From Ignavibacteriales bacterium (GTDB lineage: Bacteria; Bacteroidota; Ignavibacteria; UBA10030; BY39): 54,813 bases of DNA. The stretch spans positions 1-54,813 of the forward strand of contig JBBINX010000007.1 in NCBI GenBank assembly GCA_037443685.1, read 5' to 3'. Numbering within the stretch: the first letter of the stretch is position 1; each line of letters opens with the position of its first letter. The notes below the pieces were generated by a model. It saw only the letters and a program-made list of their open reading frames with translations. It was not told the DNA's origin and searched no databases. The position numbers were made by a program, and so were the translations under genes. Positions 30,682-40,373 of this stretch are shown one piece after another.

Positions 30682-32307
30682 ATGCCTCGGTTAGATACGC
30701 TGTTTTTGTTTGTAATTTTTATTGCACTTGTACTTTCTTCTTGTTCTAAAAGAGAAACCGCTATTACAACAAAAGATCAGTTATACATTTATCTTGATAC
30801 GCTTGAGCTTAAATATGAGGAAGCGTGTATCGCAACTGGCATTGCCAATTGGAATTTATACTCAAGAGATGGAAAATCAAACCTCAATGCAGTAAAGAAA
30901 AAATTCGCTGCAATTTTTTTAGATACACTTAACCGGAAAATAATTGAAGAGTGGCGCGCTAAATCGGGGTCGCTTGCCGACGAGATGCTGACTCGTCGCC
31001 TCGAACTTTGGTCGCGTACGTTCATAGGAGGAATTGTTTATTCCGATTCGCAAATATCGGTTCTCGAAAACAGCTTACAGGAACGGATTACTAATTTTAA
31101 TTTCCGGTTTGAAAGCCAAAATATCACTTTAGCTGATTTATCCAATCGGCTGAAAACCGAAAACAGCGAAAAACAGCGGCGTAAACTTTGGCTTACAACA
31201 AGTCAGTTATCGGGAAAGGCAGCAGACGATTTAATTAAGCTTGTAAAGCTGCGAAACGAAAAAGCTGTTTCTCTTGGCTTTTATAACTACTATTCTCTCT
31301 CGCTTTATCTTCAAAGTATCAGGGAAGATTGGTTGCTCACAATTTTAAATGAGTTAGAAGAGAAAACAAGGAATAAGTTTAAAGAATTCATCGAATCCTC
31401 AAAAAAGAAATTGAAGATAAAAAAGTTTCACGCTTGGGATTTTGACGCAGCTCTTTACAGATGGGCAACTATCTCAGATAATAATTTTCCAAAAGATTCG
31501 GTCTTAAATATCCTCCACCGCTTTCACCGTAACATCGGTTTCGAAGTTGACTCGCTTCCTATAAAAGAAATTATTAGAGATATTCCTTTTGGTGGTATAA
31601 ATGTTGGCATTCAAATACCCAAAGATTCCCGCCTGATAATCAATCCAATAAACGGTAAATGGTTTTATAACCGTGCGTTTCATGAATACGGCCACGCACT
31701 GCAAGTCGTACACACAAAAGTAAATTATCCCATATTGAAAGGTTACGAATGGATTCCTGGAGCATCAAGCGGTGCGTATTCCGAGGGTGTTGCGGAACTG
31801 CAAGCTGAATTCATTGACGATTATGAATGGTTAAAGACTTTTACAAATGCGTCGCAGGACGAAATCGAAAGATACATCGCAAGTAAAACATTTTCCGACT
31901 TATACTACTTACGCAGTACGCTAAAAGATTTCTTCTTTGAGTATGAGATGTATAAGAATCCGGAAAGAGATTTAGCAGAGGTGGAAAGGGAAATGTATTT
32001 TAAATATTTACTCGTCGAATTAGACGAAGGTACTCCGCACAGGTTTGCATCATCAATTTTGTACACGATATATCCGTGCTACTTTCAGAATTATGTTTTA
32101 TCGCACCTGATAGCTACACAGGTTTTCGAAGTGTTGGTGAACAAGTTTGGTGCTAATAGAATTTCGGATTCAAACGTTAGCAAATGGATTATCTCACATT
32201 TCTATGAAAAAGGGGAAACTGAAGATTGGCCCAAAAGGATCCGAGGTGCTTCCGGAAAATCGCTCGAAACAGGTGCGTATTTACGAAAATTAAAAATTAT
32301 GGATTAA
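30682..32307 (+). CDS. Gluzincin metallopeptidase (M3/M2-like), lipoprotein
   Basis: HEYGH, downstream 'SEG.AE', 'YP.YFQNY', 'LRNEKA..LGF.NYY'; lipobox LSS-C. Confidence 0.8.
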   Translation: MPRLDTLFLFVIFIALVLSSCSKRETAITTKDQLYIYLDTLELKYEEACIATGIANWNLYSRDGKSNLNAVKKKFAAIFLDTLNRKIIEEWRAKSGSLADEMLTRRLELWSRTFIGGIVYSDSQISVLENSLQERITNFNFRFESQNITLADLSNRLKTENSEKQRRKLWLTTSQLSGKAADDLIKLVKLRNEKAVSLGFYNYYSLSLYLQSIREDWLLTILNELEEKTRNKFKEFIESSKKKLKIKKFHAWDFDAALYRWATISDNNFPKDSVLNILHRFHRNIGFEVDSLPIKEIIRDIPFGGINVGIQIPKDSRLIINPINGKWFYNRAFHEYGHALQVVHTKVNYPILKGYEWIPGASSGAYSEGVAELQAEFIDDYEWLKTFTNASQDEIERYIASKTFSDLYYLRSTLKDFFFEYEMYKNPERDLAEVEREMYFKYLLVELDEGTPHRFASSILYTIYPCYFQNYVLSHLIATQVFEVLVNKFGANRISDSNVSKWIISHFYEKGETEDWPKRIRGASGKSLETGAYLRKLKIMD

Positions 32308-32316
32308 TTTTTAGTT

Positions 32317-34503
32317 ATGATAAAAAAATATTCATCCGATTTTTATAATAGAATAATTGATATGGCCGACGAGTTAATTTTCCAAACAGACTACGATGGA
32401 AAATTTCTCTTCGTAAATCCGGCGACTCTGAAAACTACTGGCTACAATAGCGAAGAACTTTTTAGAACAATATTATTCAAACTTATCCCTCCCGAATATT
32501 CAAATACTGTCAAAGAATTTTTTTCCAATCAAATCAAAAATAAAATCGAAAAAACCTATTTCGAATTTCCCATAACTTGTAAATCGGGCAGAGTAATCTG
32601 GTTGGGACAAAGCACCGTGTGGGCGGAGGATGTTGCCGAGCTAAAAGGATTGCAGTGTATTGCGCGCGACATTACTCCGCGCAAGCTTGTTGAACAAGAA
32701 ACTTTAATGCTTGCGAAAATATTAGAGCAAACCACAGAGATGATTCTGATAACCGATAAGAAGGGTATAGTACAATATGTTAATTCTGCATTCGAGAAAA
32801 TTACGCAGTACACGAAATGGGAAATTATAGGTAAAAGAGTTGACGTATTGAGAACCGATGAAGAAACCCAACAATACATCGACGAAGCTTGGGGGAAAGT
32901 TCTTAACGGACAGGTTTGGCGCGGGATTATTAAGAACCGAAAAAAAGACGGCACTGTTTACGATGAAGAACTGACAATCAATCCGGTATTCAACGAATTC
33001 GGAGTCATCATAAATATTGTTGAGATTAAAAGAGATATATCCGAAGAAATAAAACAAAAAGATGCTTTAAGTAAAGCTGAAGAAAGGTTTAAAAGTCTAT
33101 TCGAAAATGCTATCGAAGGAATATACCAATCTTCTGTTGACGGTAAATTGCTCATGGCAAACCGGGCTCTTTTAGAGATGTTGGGATACGAGAGCATCGA
33201 CGAGTTAGAATCGAAAGACCTCGCTGATATTTATGTTAACCCCGAGGATCGCGCTGCTTTTCAGAAGATTATGGATAAGGACGGCAAAGTTATCGATTAC
33301 GAGATAAAGTTGAAGCGCAAAGATGGATTCGAAATATTCGTGCTCGAAAATTCACGTGCAGTTACTGATAACAAGGGGAATATAATATACTACGAAGGCA
33401 TTATACAGGATATTACCAAAAGGAAGGAAACAGAAAATGCCATAAGGAAACTGATCGCTCAGAAAGATAAATTCCTTTCGATTGTATCACACGACCTACG
33501 TGCGCCGTTCAACAGCATACTCGGTTTTACCGAAATTCTATTGGATGAAACTTCAGAGTTTAATACCGAAGAGAAAAAAGAGTTCCTCGTGTTTATTAAA
33601 CAAGCTGCTGAGCAGCAACTTAATCTGCTCGGTAACTTATTAGATTGGTCACGCATCGAAACGGGCAGGATCCGTTTCGAACCGAAACCAACCGACTTAA
33701 AAATGTTGGTTGAGAAATCTATTATTTCGTTAAAGGGAAACGCACTCAGGAAGCAAATTAACTTGTATTCAAACATCCAAGAAAATATTACGGTTAACAT
33801 TGACGAAAATTTAACACTTCAACTCTTCGGTAATTTATTATCGAACGCACTAAAATTTACACCTCAGAATGGCAGCGTGTGGGTTGATATTAATGACTCA
33901 CGAGTCGATTTCGTAAGTGTATCAGTAAACGACAATGGAATTGGCATCCCACATGAAGATTTTGATAAATTGTTTAGAATCGATACGAAATACTATTCGC
34001 GGGGAACCGAGGGCGAAGAAGGGTCGGGATTAGGACTTGCGCTCTGTGCAGAAATCGTTAAAAAACACGGCGGTAAAATCGAGGTAAAAAGTGAACTCAA
34101 CAAAGGTACTTCTTTCATTTTTAATTTACCGGCTGTTCGTAAATCTGTTCTTATCGTTGACGACAACAAAGGCGACCGCTCTTTAGCGATGCTCTACGTC
34201 CAACAATTATATCCTGATATTATCGTAATTGAAGCTCATAACGGTTACGAAGCGATGTCGTTAACAATGTCGCGCATCCCGTCGATCGTTCTTGCCGACT
34301 TTGCCATGCCTGGAATGGACGGTTTACGACTATTACAGGAATTAAAACAACAGCCACAAACTCGAAACATACCGGTAATAATAATTACTTCGTTCGAATC
34401 GAAAGCCGATGCAGTCTCGTTAACAGAGTATGGCGTAACAGAAATTTTAATTAAACCCATTGCTAAAGAAGAGTTACAACAAGTATTAGCCAAATATATA
34501 TGA
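32317..34503 (+). CDS. Cytoplasmic hybrid histidine kinase (3 PAS + HisKA + HATPase + receiver)
   Basis: PAC ends 'RDIT', 'RDIS', 'QDIT'; H-box 'SHDLRAP'; N-box 'NLLSNALKF'; G-boxes; REC 'VDD...LADFAMPGMDG...KP'. Confidence 0.92.
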   Translation: MIKKYSSDFYNRIIDMADELIFQTDYDGKFLFVNPATLKTTGYNSEELFRTILFKLIPPEYSNTVKEFFSNQIKNKIEKTYFEFPITCKSGRVIWLGQSTVWAEDVAELKGLQCIARDITPRKLVEQETLMLAKILEQTTEMILITDKKGIVQYVNSAFEKITQYTKWEIIGKRVDVLRTDEETQQYIDEAWGKVLNGQVWRGIIKNRKKDGTVYDEELTINPVFNEFGVIINIVEIKRDISEEIKQKDALSKAEERFKSLFENAIEGIYQSSVDGKLLMANRALLEMLGYESIDELESKDLADIYVNPEDRAAFQKIMDKDGKVIDYEIKLKRKDGFEIFVLENSRAVTDNKGNIIYYEGIIQDITKRKETENAIRKLIAQKDKFLSIVSHDLRAPFNSILGFTEILLDETSEFNTEEKKEFLVFIKQAAEQQLNLLGNLLDWSRIETGRIRFEPKPTDLKMLVEKSIISLKGNALRKQINLYSNIQENITVNIDENLTLQLFGNLLSNALKFTPQNGSVWVDINDSRVDFVSVSVNDNGIGIPHEDFDKLFRIDTKYYSRGTEGEEGSGLGLALCAEIVKKHGGKIEVKSELNKGTSFIFNLPAVRKSVLIVDDNKGDRSLAMLYVQQLYPDIIVIEAHNGYEAMSLTMSRIPSIVLADFAMPGMDGLRLLQELKQQPQTRNIPVIIITSFESKADAVSLTEYGVTEILIKPIAKEELQQVLAKYI

Positions 34504-34505
34504 AT

Positions 34506-35000
34506 ATGATAAAATTATTTTTCATAGTTGTATTAATTCTTACTATCAATCTTGTAGGTTGCGGAGGGGTGGAGAAAAAAACAACCGATTCGCACACACG
34601 ATTAATCCAACTTGCAAAAGAAACCCTGGAGATCGTTGCGCAGATTGAAGAACATGAAATGCGTTATGCCCAAAAAAAATCGTTGAATGATTGGACTATT
34701 GCCTATCAATTGAAAAGGGCGGGGGTTGATAGCTTATTAATTCAGTTGAACGATAAAATTTTAGAAGGGCGTTTTTTTGAAAAACTACCAGAGGAAGGGC
34801 TCACACAAAAAGCAAAAATTTTCCTTCACGCAGCCGAGAATATTAAAATCTATATTAATACCACAAATGTTGATATGACTCAATTAGTTGGTGGTAAGCC
34901 ACCGCCAGCATTTGATGTTTACAGTTCAGAACGATATTTAAAACCAGCAACCAGCGAACTACAAAAAATTTTAGATAACGAAAGCAAATCGTCAAAATAA
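34506..35000 (+). CDS. Hypothetical lipoprotein
   Basis: Lipobox LVG-C; helical protein; in operon orientation. Confidence 0.65.
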   Translation: MIKLFFIVVLILTINLVGCGGVEKKTTDSHTRLIQLAKETLEIVAQIEEHEMRYAQKKSLNDWTIAYQLKRAGVDSLLIQLNDKILEGRFFEKLPEEGLTQKAKIFLHAAENIKIYINTTNVDMTQLVGGKPPPAFDVYSSERYLKPATSELQKILDNESKSSK

Positions 35001-35032
35001 AACTATTTTTTAATAAAATAATAGGAGAATTT

Positions 35033-35599
35033 ATGAAAAAAATACTTTTAACAGGTCTTACAGCCGGCATTGTTATTACTATCTGGCAATTTGCAGCGTG
35101 GATGATTCTACCATTTCACAAAGATACTATTAAGCCGTTGTCGAACGAAGAATCCGTAACTGTAGTTTTAGAAAACTCAATTACCGAAGAAGGCGTCTTT
35201 AGTATTCCTTATTCCCCGCAACAGATGGACAATCAGGAAGAAGTGAAGAAGTGGGAAGAAAAAATCCGCAGCGGACCAATAGCAACGATATTTTATCGTC
35301 CGACTGGCGACGATCCAGCAATGACGTCCCAGTTTATTATCGGAATTATCATACAAATTATCGCTGCTATGATTGCAGCGTGGTTGCTTTCGCGAAGTAC
35401 TGCTGCTTCTCAATCGTATATTTCCCGTGTCTGTTATGTAGGTATTTTAGGTATATTTGCATCTATTATAACTCATGTTTCATACTGGAACTGGATGTAT
35501 TTTCCTTTCAAATACACAACCGCGATGATGTCTGATTTGATAATCGGCTGGATTATAGGCGGATTCGTGATTGCAGCGTTTATAAAGCAGGCAAAATAA
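35033..35599 (+). CDS. Hypothetical membrane protein
   Basis: AGGAG RBS; 4 TM segments; 'YWNW..FP' motif. Confidence 0.75.
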   Translation: MKKILLTGLTAGIVITIWQFAAWMILPFHKDTIKPLSNEESVTVVLENSITEEGVFSIPYSPQQMDNQEEVKKWEEKIRSGPIATIFYRPTGDDPAMTSQFIIGIIIQIIAAMIAAWLLSRSTAASQSYISRVCYVGILGIFASIITHVSYWNWMYFPFKYTTAMMSDLIIGWIIGGFVIAAFIKQAK

Positions 35600-35722
35600 C
35601 AAATCAATAACCAAGCTCGCGCCCTAAATATTTTTATATCATTTTTTATCATTTGCTTGAAAGCAACTGCGATAGCTGAATAAAAAATTTATTAAAGTTC
35701 TTTTTTAGTTTATTTTCTTGCA

Positions 35723-35738
35723 GTTCACTATAGTGAAC
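35723..35738. promoter_or_regulatory. Perfect 16-bp palindrome, candidate operator
   Basis: GTTCACTATAGTGAAC in a 400-bp AT-rich intergenic region. Confidence 0.4.
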
Positions 35739-35951
35739 CCGATAATGAAAATTTTTTCACAGTTGGCTTTTGCCACACACATTGATTAAACAGGAAGAAA
35801 AACTTATATTAAAAACGAAAAGTTTAGTAAAAAAAAGTGAAAAAATAAAACGAAAATAAAGAAATCATCAGCCGCCGAGAATAAAATGGAATTATTCTCA
35901 GTAAGTATATTTTCTTGAAAGGTATAAGAAATTAGTATAGGGAAATATAAA

Positions 35952-35980
35952 TTGACTTTAACAATTCTGTTTGTTATTTT
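35952..35980 (+). promoter_or_regulatory. Putative sigma70 promoter
   Basis: TTGACT-17bp-TATTTT upstream of the CDS at 36003. Confidence 0.45.
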
Positions 35981-36002
35981 TCTAACAATCAATTAGGTAG
36001 AG

Positions 36003-36545
36003 ATGCCAAAACTTACTATCGATGAAATACGGCAACGTTTTTCTTCAGCCACAGATTTTAATGAAATATTCGATGCTTTCGAATCTGCGCTGAATGAAAA
36101 TGTTCAAGACATCGAGCTTTACCGTTTATTATTCTGGAATGACTCGCTTACAACCGATGAGTTGTGTCTCTTCGGTGAAAAATTATCTCAAGTATTTCCT
36201 AACCTTGCCTATGATGTATATATGTGGCTCGCTAAGGTTTTTGAAGTTACTTACTCGATGTACGATAATTACGAATTAACACTCCAATATTTCAACAAAG
36301 CAGCATCCGTCAAACCGGACGAGGTAGAAACTTACATTGCCGCAAGCGATTGTTATGAGCCCGACCTAAACATTCCACCAATCGACTATCTTTTAGATTT
36401 TTTGAAACATGGTTTGGAATATGTGAAAGATAAAACATTACTTTATAGACGCCTCTCCGAGTTGTACGAAAAAGCAGGCGACGACGAACAGAGCCTATAC
36501 TATCGGAAGAAAGCCGAAGAGGACGAAGGTCTTTCGCCCGAATAA
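36003..36545 (+). CDS. TPR-like helical hypothetical protein
   Basis: Acidic helical-repeat pattern ('YFNKAA..KP', 'LSELYEKAGD....YYRKKA'). Confidence 0.7.
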   Translation: MPKLTIDEIRQRFSSATDFNEIFDAFESALNENVQDIELYRLLFWNDSLTTDELCLFGEKLSQVFPNLAYDVYMWLAKVFEVTYSMYDNYELTLQYFNKAASVKPDEVETYIAASDCYEPDLNIPPIDYLLDFLKHGLEYVKDKTLLYRRLSELYEKAGDDEQSLYYRKKAEEDEGLSPE

Positions 36546-37438
36546 TGAAATCCGCTAAGGGCTACATCTTTGTTTTAGGAGCGACAATCTTCTGGGGGGT
36601 ATCTGCTACATTCGCAAAATTCCTTTTCACTCGAGAAATTGAACCGCTCCTGCTTGTACAATGGCGAATAACTATTTCGGCTTTGATTCTACTCTCATAT
36701 TTTCTACTCTTCAACAGACCGCTGCTTCGTGTGAAGGTCAAAGATTTATACATGTTTGCTTTGCTCGGGATTTTAGGTATCGCTGGATCGAACTTCACAT
36801 ATTATTTTACAATACAACAAACCAACGTTGCAACAGCAATTCTAATTCAATATCTTGCACCACTTTTAGTACTATTGTATGCCGCTGTTTCCAAAGAAGA
36901 ACAAATAACGGGAATTAAAGTGAGCGCTGCTGTAATATCAATTACCGGTTGTTTTCTTGCAATTACGGGAAAAGATTTATCTTTGATTCATATAAGCAAA
37001 ATTGGTTTAATAACCGGCGGAGCATCCGCTGTATGCTGGGCTTTCACGAATGTTTATCTCCGCCACATCCTGAAGCAATACCAAGTATGGACAGTATTGA
37101 TTTACTCGTTTCTTGCCGGGGCGGTCTTTTGGCAATTTATTAATCCACCGTGGACAACTATCCAATCCAATCATTCGTTGGAAACTTGGGGAATATTTTT
37201 TGGTATTGCTATAGTGTCTGTACTGATTCCACATACTTTATACTTTACGGGATTACGTTACATCGGTGCATCAAGAGCTATCATAACAGGCACTTTCGAG
37301 CCGATTGTAGCTATCGGTTCCTCCTTTATCATCTTAAGCGACTTGATGGCTCCGGTTCAACTGTTCGGCGCCGCAATGGTGATTGGTGCAATTTTAATCT
37401 TACAACTTAAACGAGATTCATCTGAAGAAATCGGTTAG
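36545..37438 (+). CDS. DMT/EamA family transporter
   Basis: About 10 TM; 'FWGVS', 'QYLAP', 'EPIVA'. Confidence 0.87.
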   Translation: MKSAKGYIFVLGATIFWGVSATFAKFLFTREIEPLLLVQWRITISALILLSYFLLFNRPLLRVKVKDLYMFALLGILGIAGSNFTYYFTIQQTNVATAILIQYLAPLLVLLYAAVSKEEQITGIKVSAAVISITGCFLAITGKDLSLIHISKIGLITGGASAVCWAFTNVYLRHILKQYQVWTVLIYSFLAGAVFWQFINPPWTTIQSNHSLETWGIFFGIAIVSVLIPHTLYFTGLRYIGASRAIITGTFEPIVAIGSSFIILSDLMAPVQLFGAAMVIGAILILQLKRDSSEEIG

Positions 37439-37443
37439 GAGAT

Positions 37444-38022
37444 ATGACAGAAAAGAGAGAGAAGAAAATAAAAAGTGTATTAATGAAACGGCAGCCTGAT
37501 TTGACTTTGGTGATCGAAAATATTCACGATCCTCATAACGTAAGCGCAATGCTGCGTTCCGCAGATGCAGTAGGTGTTAAAGAAGTCCAGCTTGTTTATA
37601 CCGTAGAAAAATTTCCGAGGTTAGGTAAAAAAAGTTCTGCCAGCGCAACAAAATGGGTGGAACGAAGAAAATTTGGTACGATTAAAGAATGTTACGACCA
37701 ACTGCATAAAGAAGGATTTAAAATTTATGCAACTCATCTCGGCAAAGACTCAAAATCACTTTATAGTATGAACCTTACTAGAAAAATCGCACTTGTTTTC
37801 GGCAATGAGCATCACGGTGTATCGGATGAAGCCGCAGAGTTAGCTGACGGGAATTTTCAAATTCCGATGGTAGGGATGATTCAGAGTTTGAACGTTTCGG
37901 TTGCCTGCGCTGTTACTCTGTATGAAGCGATGCGACAGCGGGTTGTAAAAGGGGCTTATAACAAATCCAAGTATCGTTCACGTGATCTAAAAAAGTTTTT
38001 TAATGAGTGGTGCAAAAAGTAA
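37444..38022 (+). CDS. trmH: tRNA (guanosine-2'-O)-methyltransferase, SpoU family
   Basis: 'RQPDLT...ENIHDPHNVSAMLRSADAVG', 'FGNEHHGVS', 'IPMVGMIQSLNVSVA'. Confidence 0.9.
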   Translation: MTEKREKKIKSVLMKRQPDLTLVIENIHDPHNVSAMLRSADAVGVKEVQLVYTVEKFPRLGKKSSASATKWVERRKFGTIKECYDQLHKEGFKIYATHLGKDSKSLYSMNLTRKIALVFGNEHHGVSDEAAELADGNFQIPMVGMIQSLNVSVACAVTLYEAMRQRVVKGAYNKSKYRSRDLKKFFNEWCKK

Positions 38023-38063
38023 ACTGGTGTAAATATCGGATATATAACACTGAATCCCGAATA

Positions 38064-38225
38064 GAGACTTCTGAAAAACAGAAAATATAACACGGTTGAA
38101 CACTTATTAAACAGACTATTGCCGATTGTAATCCGTATATAACAGTCTAATCCGTGTTTTTCAGTCCCGATCGCTATCGGGATTAAATTATTTTTTCATC
38201 GCAGATTTAATTTTTCAGAAGTTTC
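38064..38225. mobile_element. MITE with 15-bp terminal inverted repeats and 5-bp target duplication
   Basis: GAGACTTCTGAAAAA / TTTTTCAGAAGTTTC (1 mismatch), flanked by GAATA on both sides (38059-38063, 38226-38230); internal palindrome TCCCGATcgctATCGGGA. Confidence 0.7.
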
Positions 38226-38303
38226 GAATAATGAAGTATTGAGGTACAAATAACAAATATTAAGTGAAAGACCGAATAACGATCAACAATTAAAGGTATA
38301 ATT

Positions 38304-38876
38304 ATGAAAACAGATAAATTAAAAATAAACGATAAGATTCCGGAGTTTAAAAACTTACCAGGTGTCGACGGTAAGAACTATAGCTCTGCTGATTTTTTAA
38401 ATAAGAAAATACTCGTTGTGGTATTTTCGTGCAATCACTGTCCGTATGTGAAAGCTTATGAAGAAAGGATTATTGCATTCCAGAAACAGTATGCGGATAA
38501 AGGAGTTCAGGTAGTTGCAATTAACTCGAACGAAACAAAGAATTATCCCGAAGACAATTTCGACGAGATGGTAAAAAATGCAAAAAAGAAAAACTTCAAC
38601 TTTATTTATTTAAGGGATGATGATCAATTAGTGGCTGATGTATTTGGAGCAACACACACGCCTGAGTTTTTCGTATTTTCCGCCGGAAGCGGATCCGCCC
38701 CTGGAGGGGATGAAGAGCGGAAACTTCGTTACCACGGCAAAATGGACGATAACTGGCAAAATCCTACTGCAGTCAAAGCTAAATATTTGCAGGATGCGAT
38801 AGACGAAATTCTTTCTGGTAGAGAAGTTAAAACTCCCGAAACTTTCTCAATCGGATGTACGATTAAGTGGCGGTAA
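38304..38876 (+). CDS. Thioredoxin-fold (peroxiredoxin-like/AhpC-TSA) protein
   Basis: 'CNHCPYV', 'AINSN', 'TPEFFVF', 'GCTIKW'; carries a 10-aa palindrome-derived insert. Confidence 0.9.
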   Translation: MKTDKLKINDKIPEFKNLPGVDGKNYSSADFLNKKILVVVFSCNHCPYVKAYEERIIAFQKQYADKGVQVVAINSNETKNYPEDNFDEMVKNAKKKNFNFIYLRDDDQLVADVFGATHTPEFFVFSAGSGSAPGGDEERKLRYHGKMDDNWQNPTAVKAKYLQDAIDEILSGREVKTPETFSIGCTIKWR

Positions 38877-38923
38877 CATATGTCGAGTTATCTGTTGTCC
38901 TTTAAGTCCGTAAAATTTAAAAC

Positions 38924-38951
38924 TCGGGTGTCGTCGACCACCCGATGACAC
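38924..38951. repeat. REP-like hairpin / possible terminator between convergent genes
   Basis: TCGGGTG-tcgtcgac-CACCCGA, with an overlapping alternative stem GTGTCGTCG/CGATGACAC. Confidence 0.5.
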
Positions 38952-39062
38952 AAAAAATTTGTTTTTAACGAAGTTACTGTTACAAGCTGGTTACACCACC
39001 TTATAAACGGGATAAAATGTGACAATCTCTGTTTTTACTCACTGTAAGACCTCTTGTCTTAC

Positions 39063-40295
39063 TCACTTTTTCTTAACCAACAAATCTTTCACGGCATCTT
39101 TGTGAACCATAAAGCTCAACATCTTCAGTTTTACGAAATCTTCTTCATAAAAATAGTAACCGGGATGATTGTTATTGCGGGAACTAGATCCAGAATCTTT
39201 TATTAAATACCAATCCTTGCCGTCTTTCTCAGTATAACCAACCATATGAATACCGTGGTCGTCGCCTGTTGTACCATTGCCGAATCTGAACTGCCGAGCA
39301 TCATCGTTGATGTATGAAGACGGAATGTCGAAACTTGGAATCACCGCAAGTCCAATATTCCCGTAAATACCCGCTTCCGATACATCGCCACCAATACAGA
39401 CCGTGTAACCGTTTCGTATCGCACTTTTTATCGCTTTCATCCAATCGGCAAGTGGTACGTTGTAATAATCTTTACTATGCCACCAGTTGTCCGGCACCTC
39501 GTATTCGACAAACTCATAGTACGGTTTTTCCATTAACGACATAACATCTATGTAATCGTCTAGATTTAGTTTCACAACTTTTTCTAAATATTCTTTTGGC
39601 GTAAACTGTTTTCCGTCAATGGTTACGGTTTTTGGCGGCTCACCGATGAAATGGTTCATAATTGATTTTACTGTTGAGATAGCTTCTTCTTCATTCCAAG
39701 CGCCTGAAGTTTTTAAGGATTGTATGTACTTGTTCAACTCTTCATACATTTTGCTGTGATCGTGGAATGGCTGCCCCGGTTGCATACCCGTATAAGCTTC
39801 TGCTGGCACGATGCCGTACATTTTCCACATTCGTACAACTGCATTGGATTCAGAACCTTCAGCGAATGCCGAGTTGCCTCTTTCACGAATAAATCTTCGT
39901 GCCTTTTCCATATACTCATAATAGACAGTGAACATTTCAGAAAGCTTGATTTCTCTTTTTGTCAACCGATAAATTTCGGATTCGAAGTAACTTGAAGTAC
40001 AGAAACACCAGCAAGTATTCGTGTTTCCCTGTGAGATTGGTTTGTTGTGCCAGTATTTATTAAAATCGTTAATACTTGCTGGCGCATTTACCGTAGAGAA
40101 ATCGAGTTTGAAACTTTTTTTTGCAGGTGTTTCTTTCTTGTAGAATTTATCGAGGGAATATTTTATAGAATCCATGAAGGCATTCTTTGAATCGACGAAA
40201 ACAGATTTATCTTTTCTATCTGTCTGAGGAAGAGTATTGTTGCTCATTAGAGCAATCAAAAATAAAAAGACCATGAAGTAATAATATTTCTTCAT
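39063..40295 (-). CDS. C1B cysteine aminopeptidase (bleomycin hydrolase/PepC-like), secreted
   Basis: 'QGNTNTCWCF', 'DDHGIH.VG', 'YLIKDSG'; signal peptide from ATG 40295. Confidence 0.88.
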   Translation of the reverse strand: MKKYYYFMVFLFLIALMSNNTLPQTDRKDKSVFVDSKNAFMDSIKYSLDKFYKKETPAKKSFKLDFSTVNAPASINDFNKYWHNKPISQGNTNTCWCFCTSSYFESEIYRLTKREIKLSEMFTVYYEYMEKARRFIRERGNSAFAEGSESNAVVRMWKMYGIVPAEAYTGMQPGQPFHDHSKMYEELNKYIQSLKTSGAWNEEEAISTVKSIMNHFIGEPPKTVTIDGKQFTPKEYLEKVVKLNLDDYIDVMSLMEKPYYEFVEYEVPDNWWHSKDYYNVPLADWMKAIKSAIRNGYTVCIGGDVSEAGIYGNIGLAVIPSFDIPSSYINDDARQFRFGNGTTGDDHGIHMVGYTEKDGKDWYLIKDSGSSSRNNNHPGYYFYEEDFVKLKMLSFMVHKDAVKDLLVKKK

Positions 40296-40373
40296 ATATA
40301 ATCCTTTCAGAAAAAATTTATAAGATATGTGGACAAACGGCAAAACCCAATTGCTGTAATCAAATAAAAAGGA

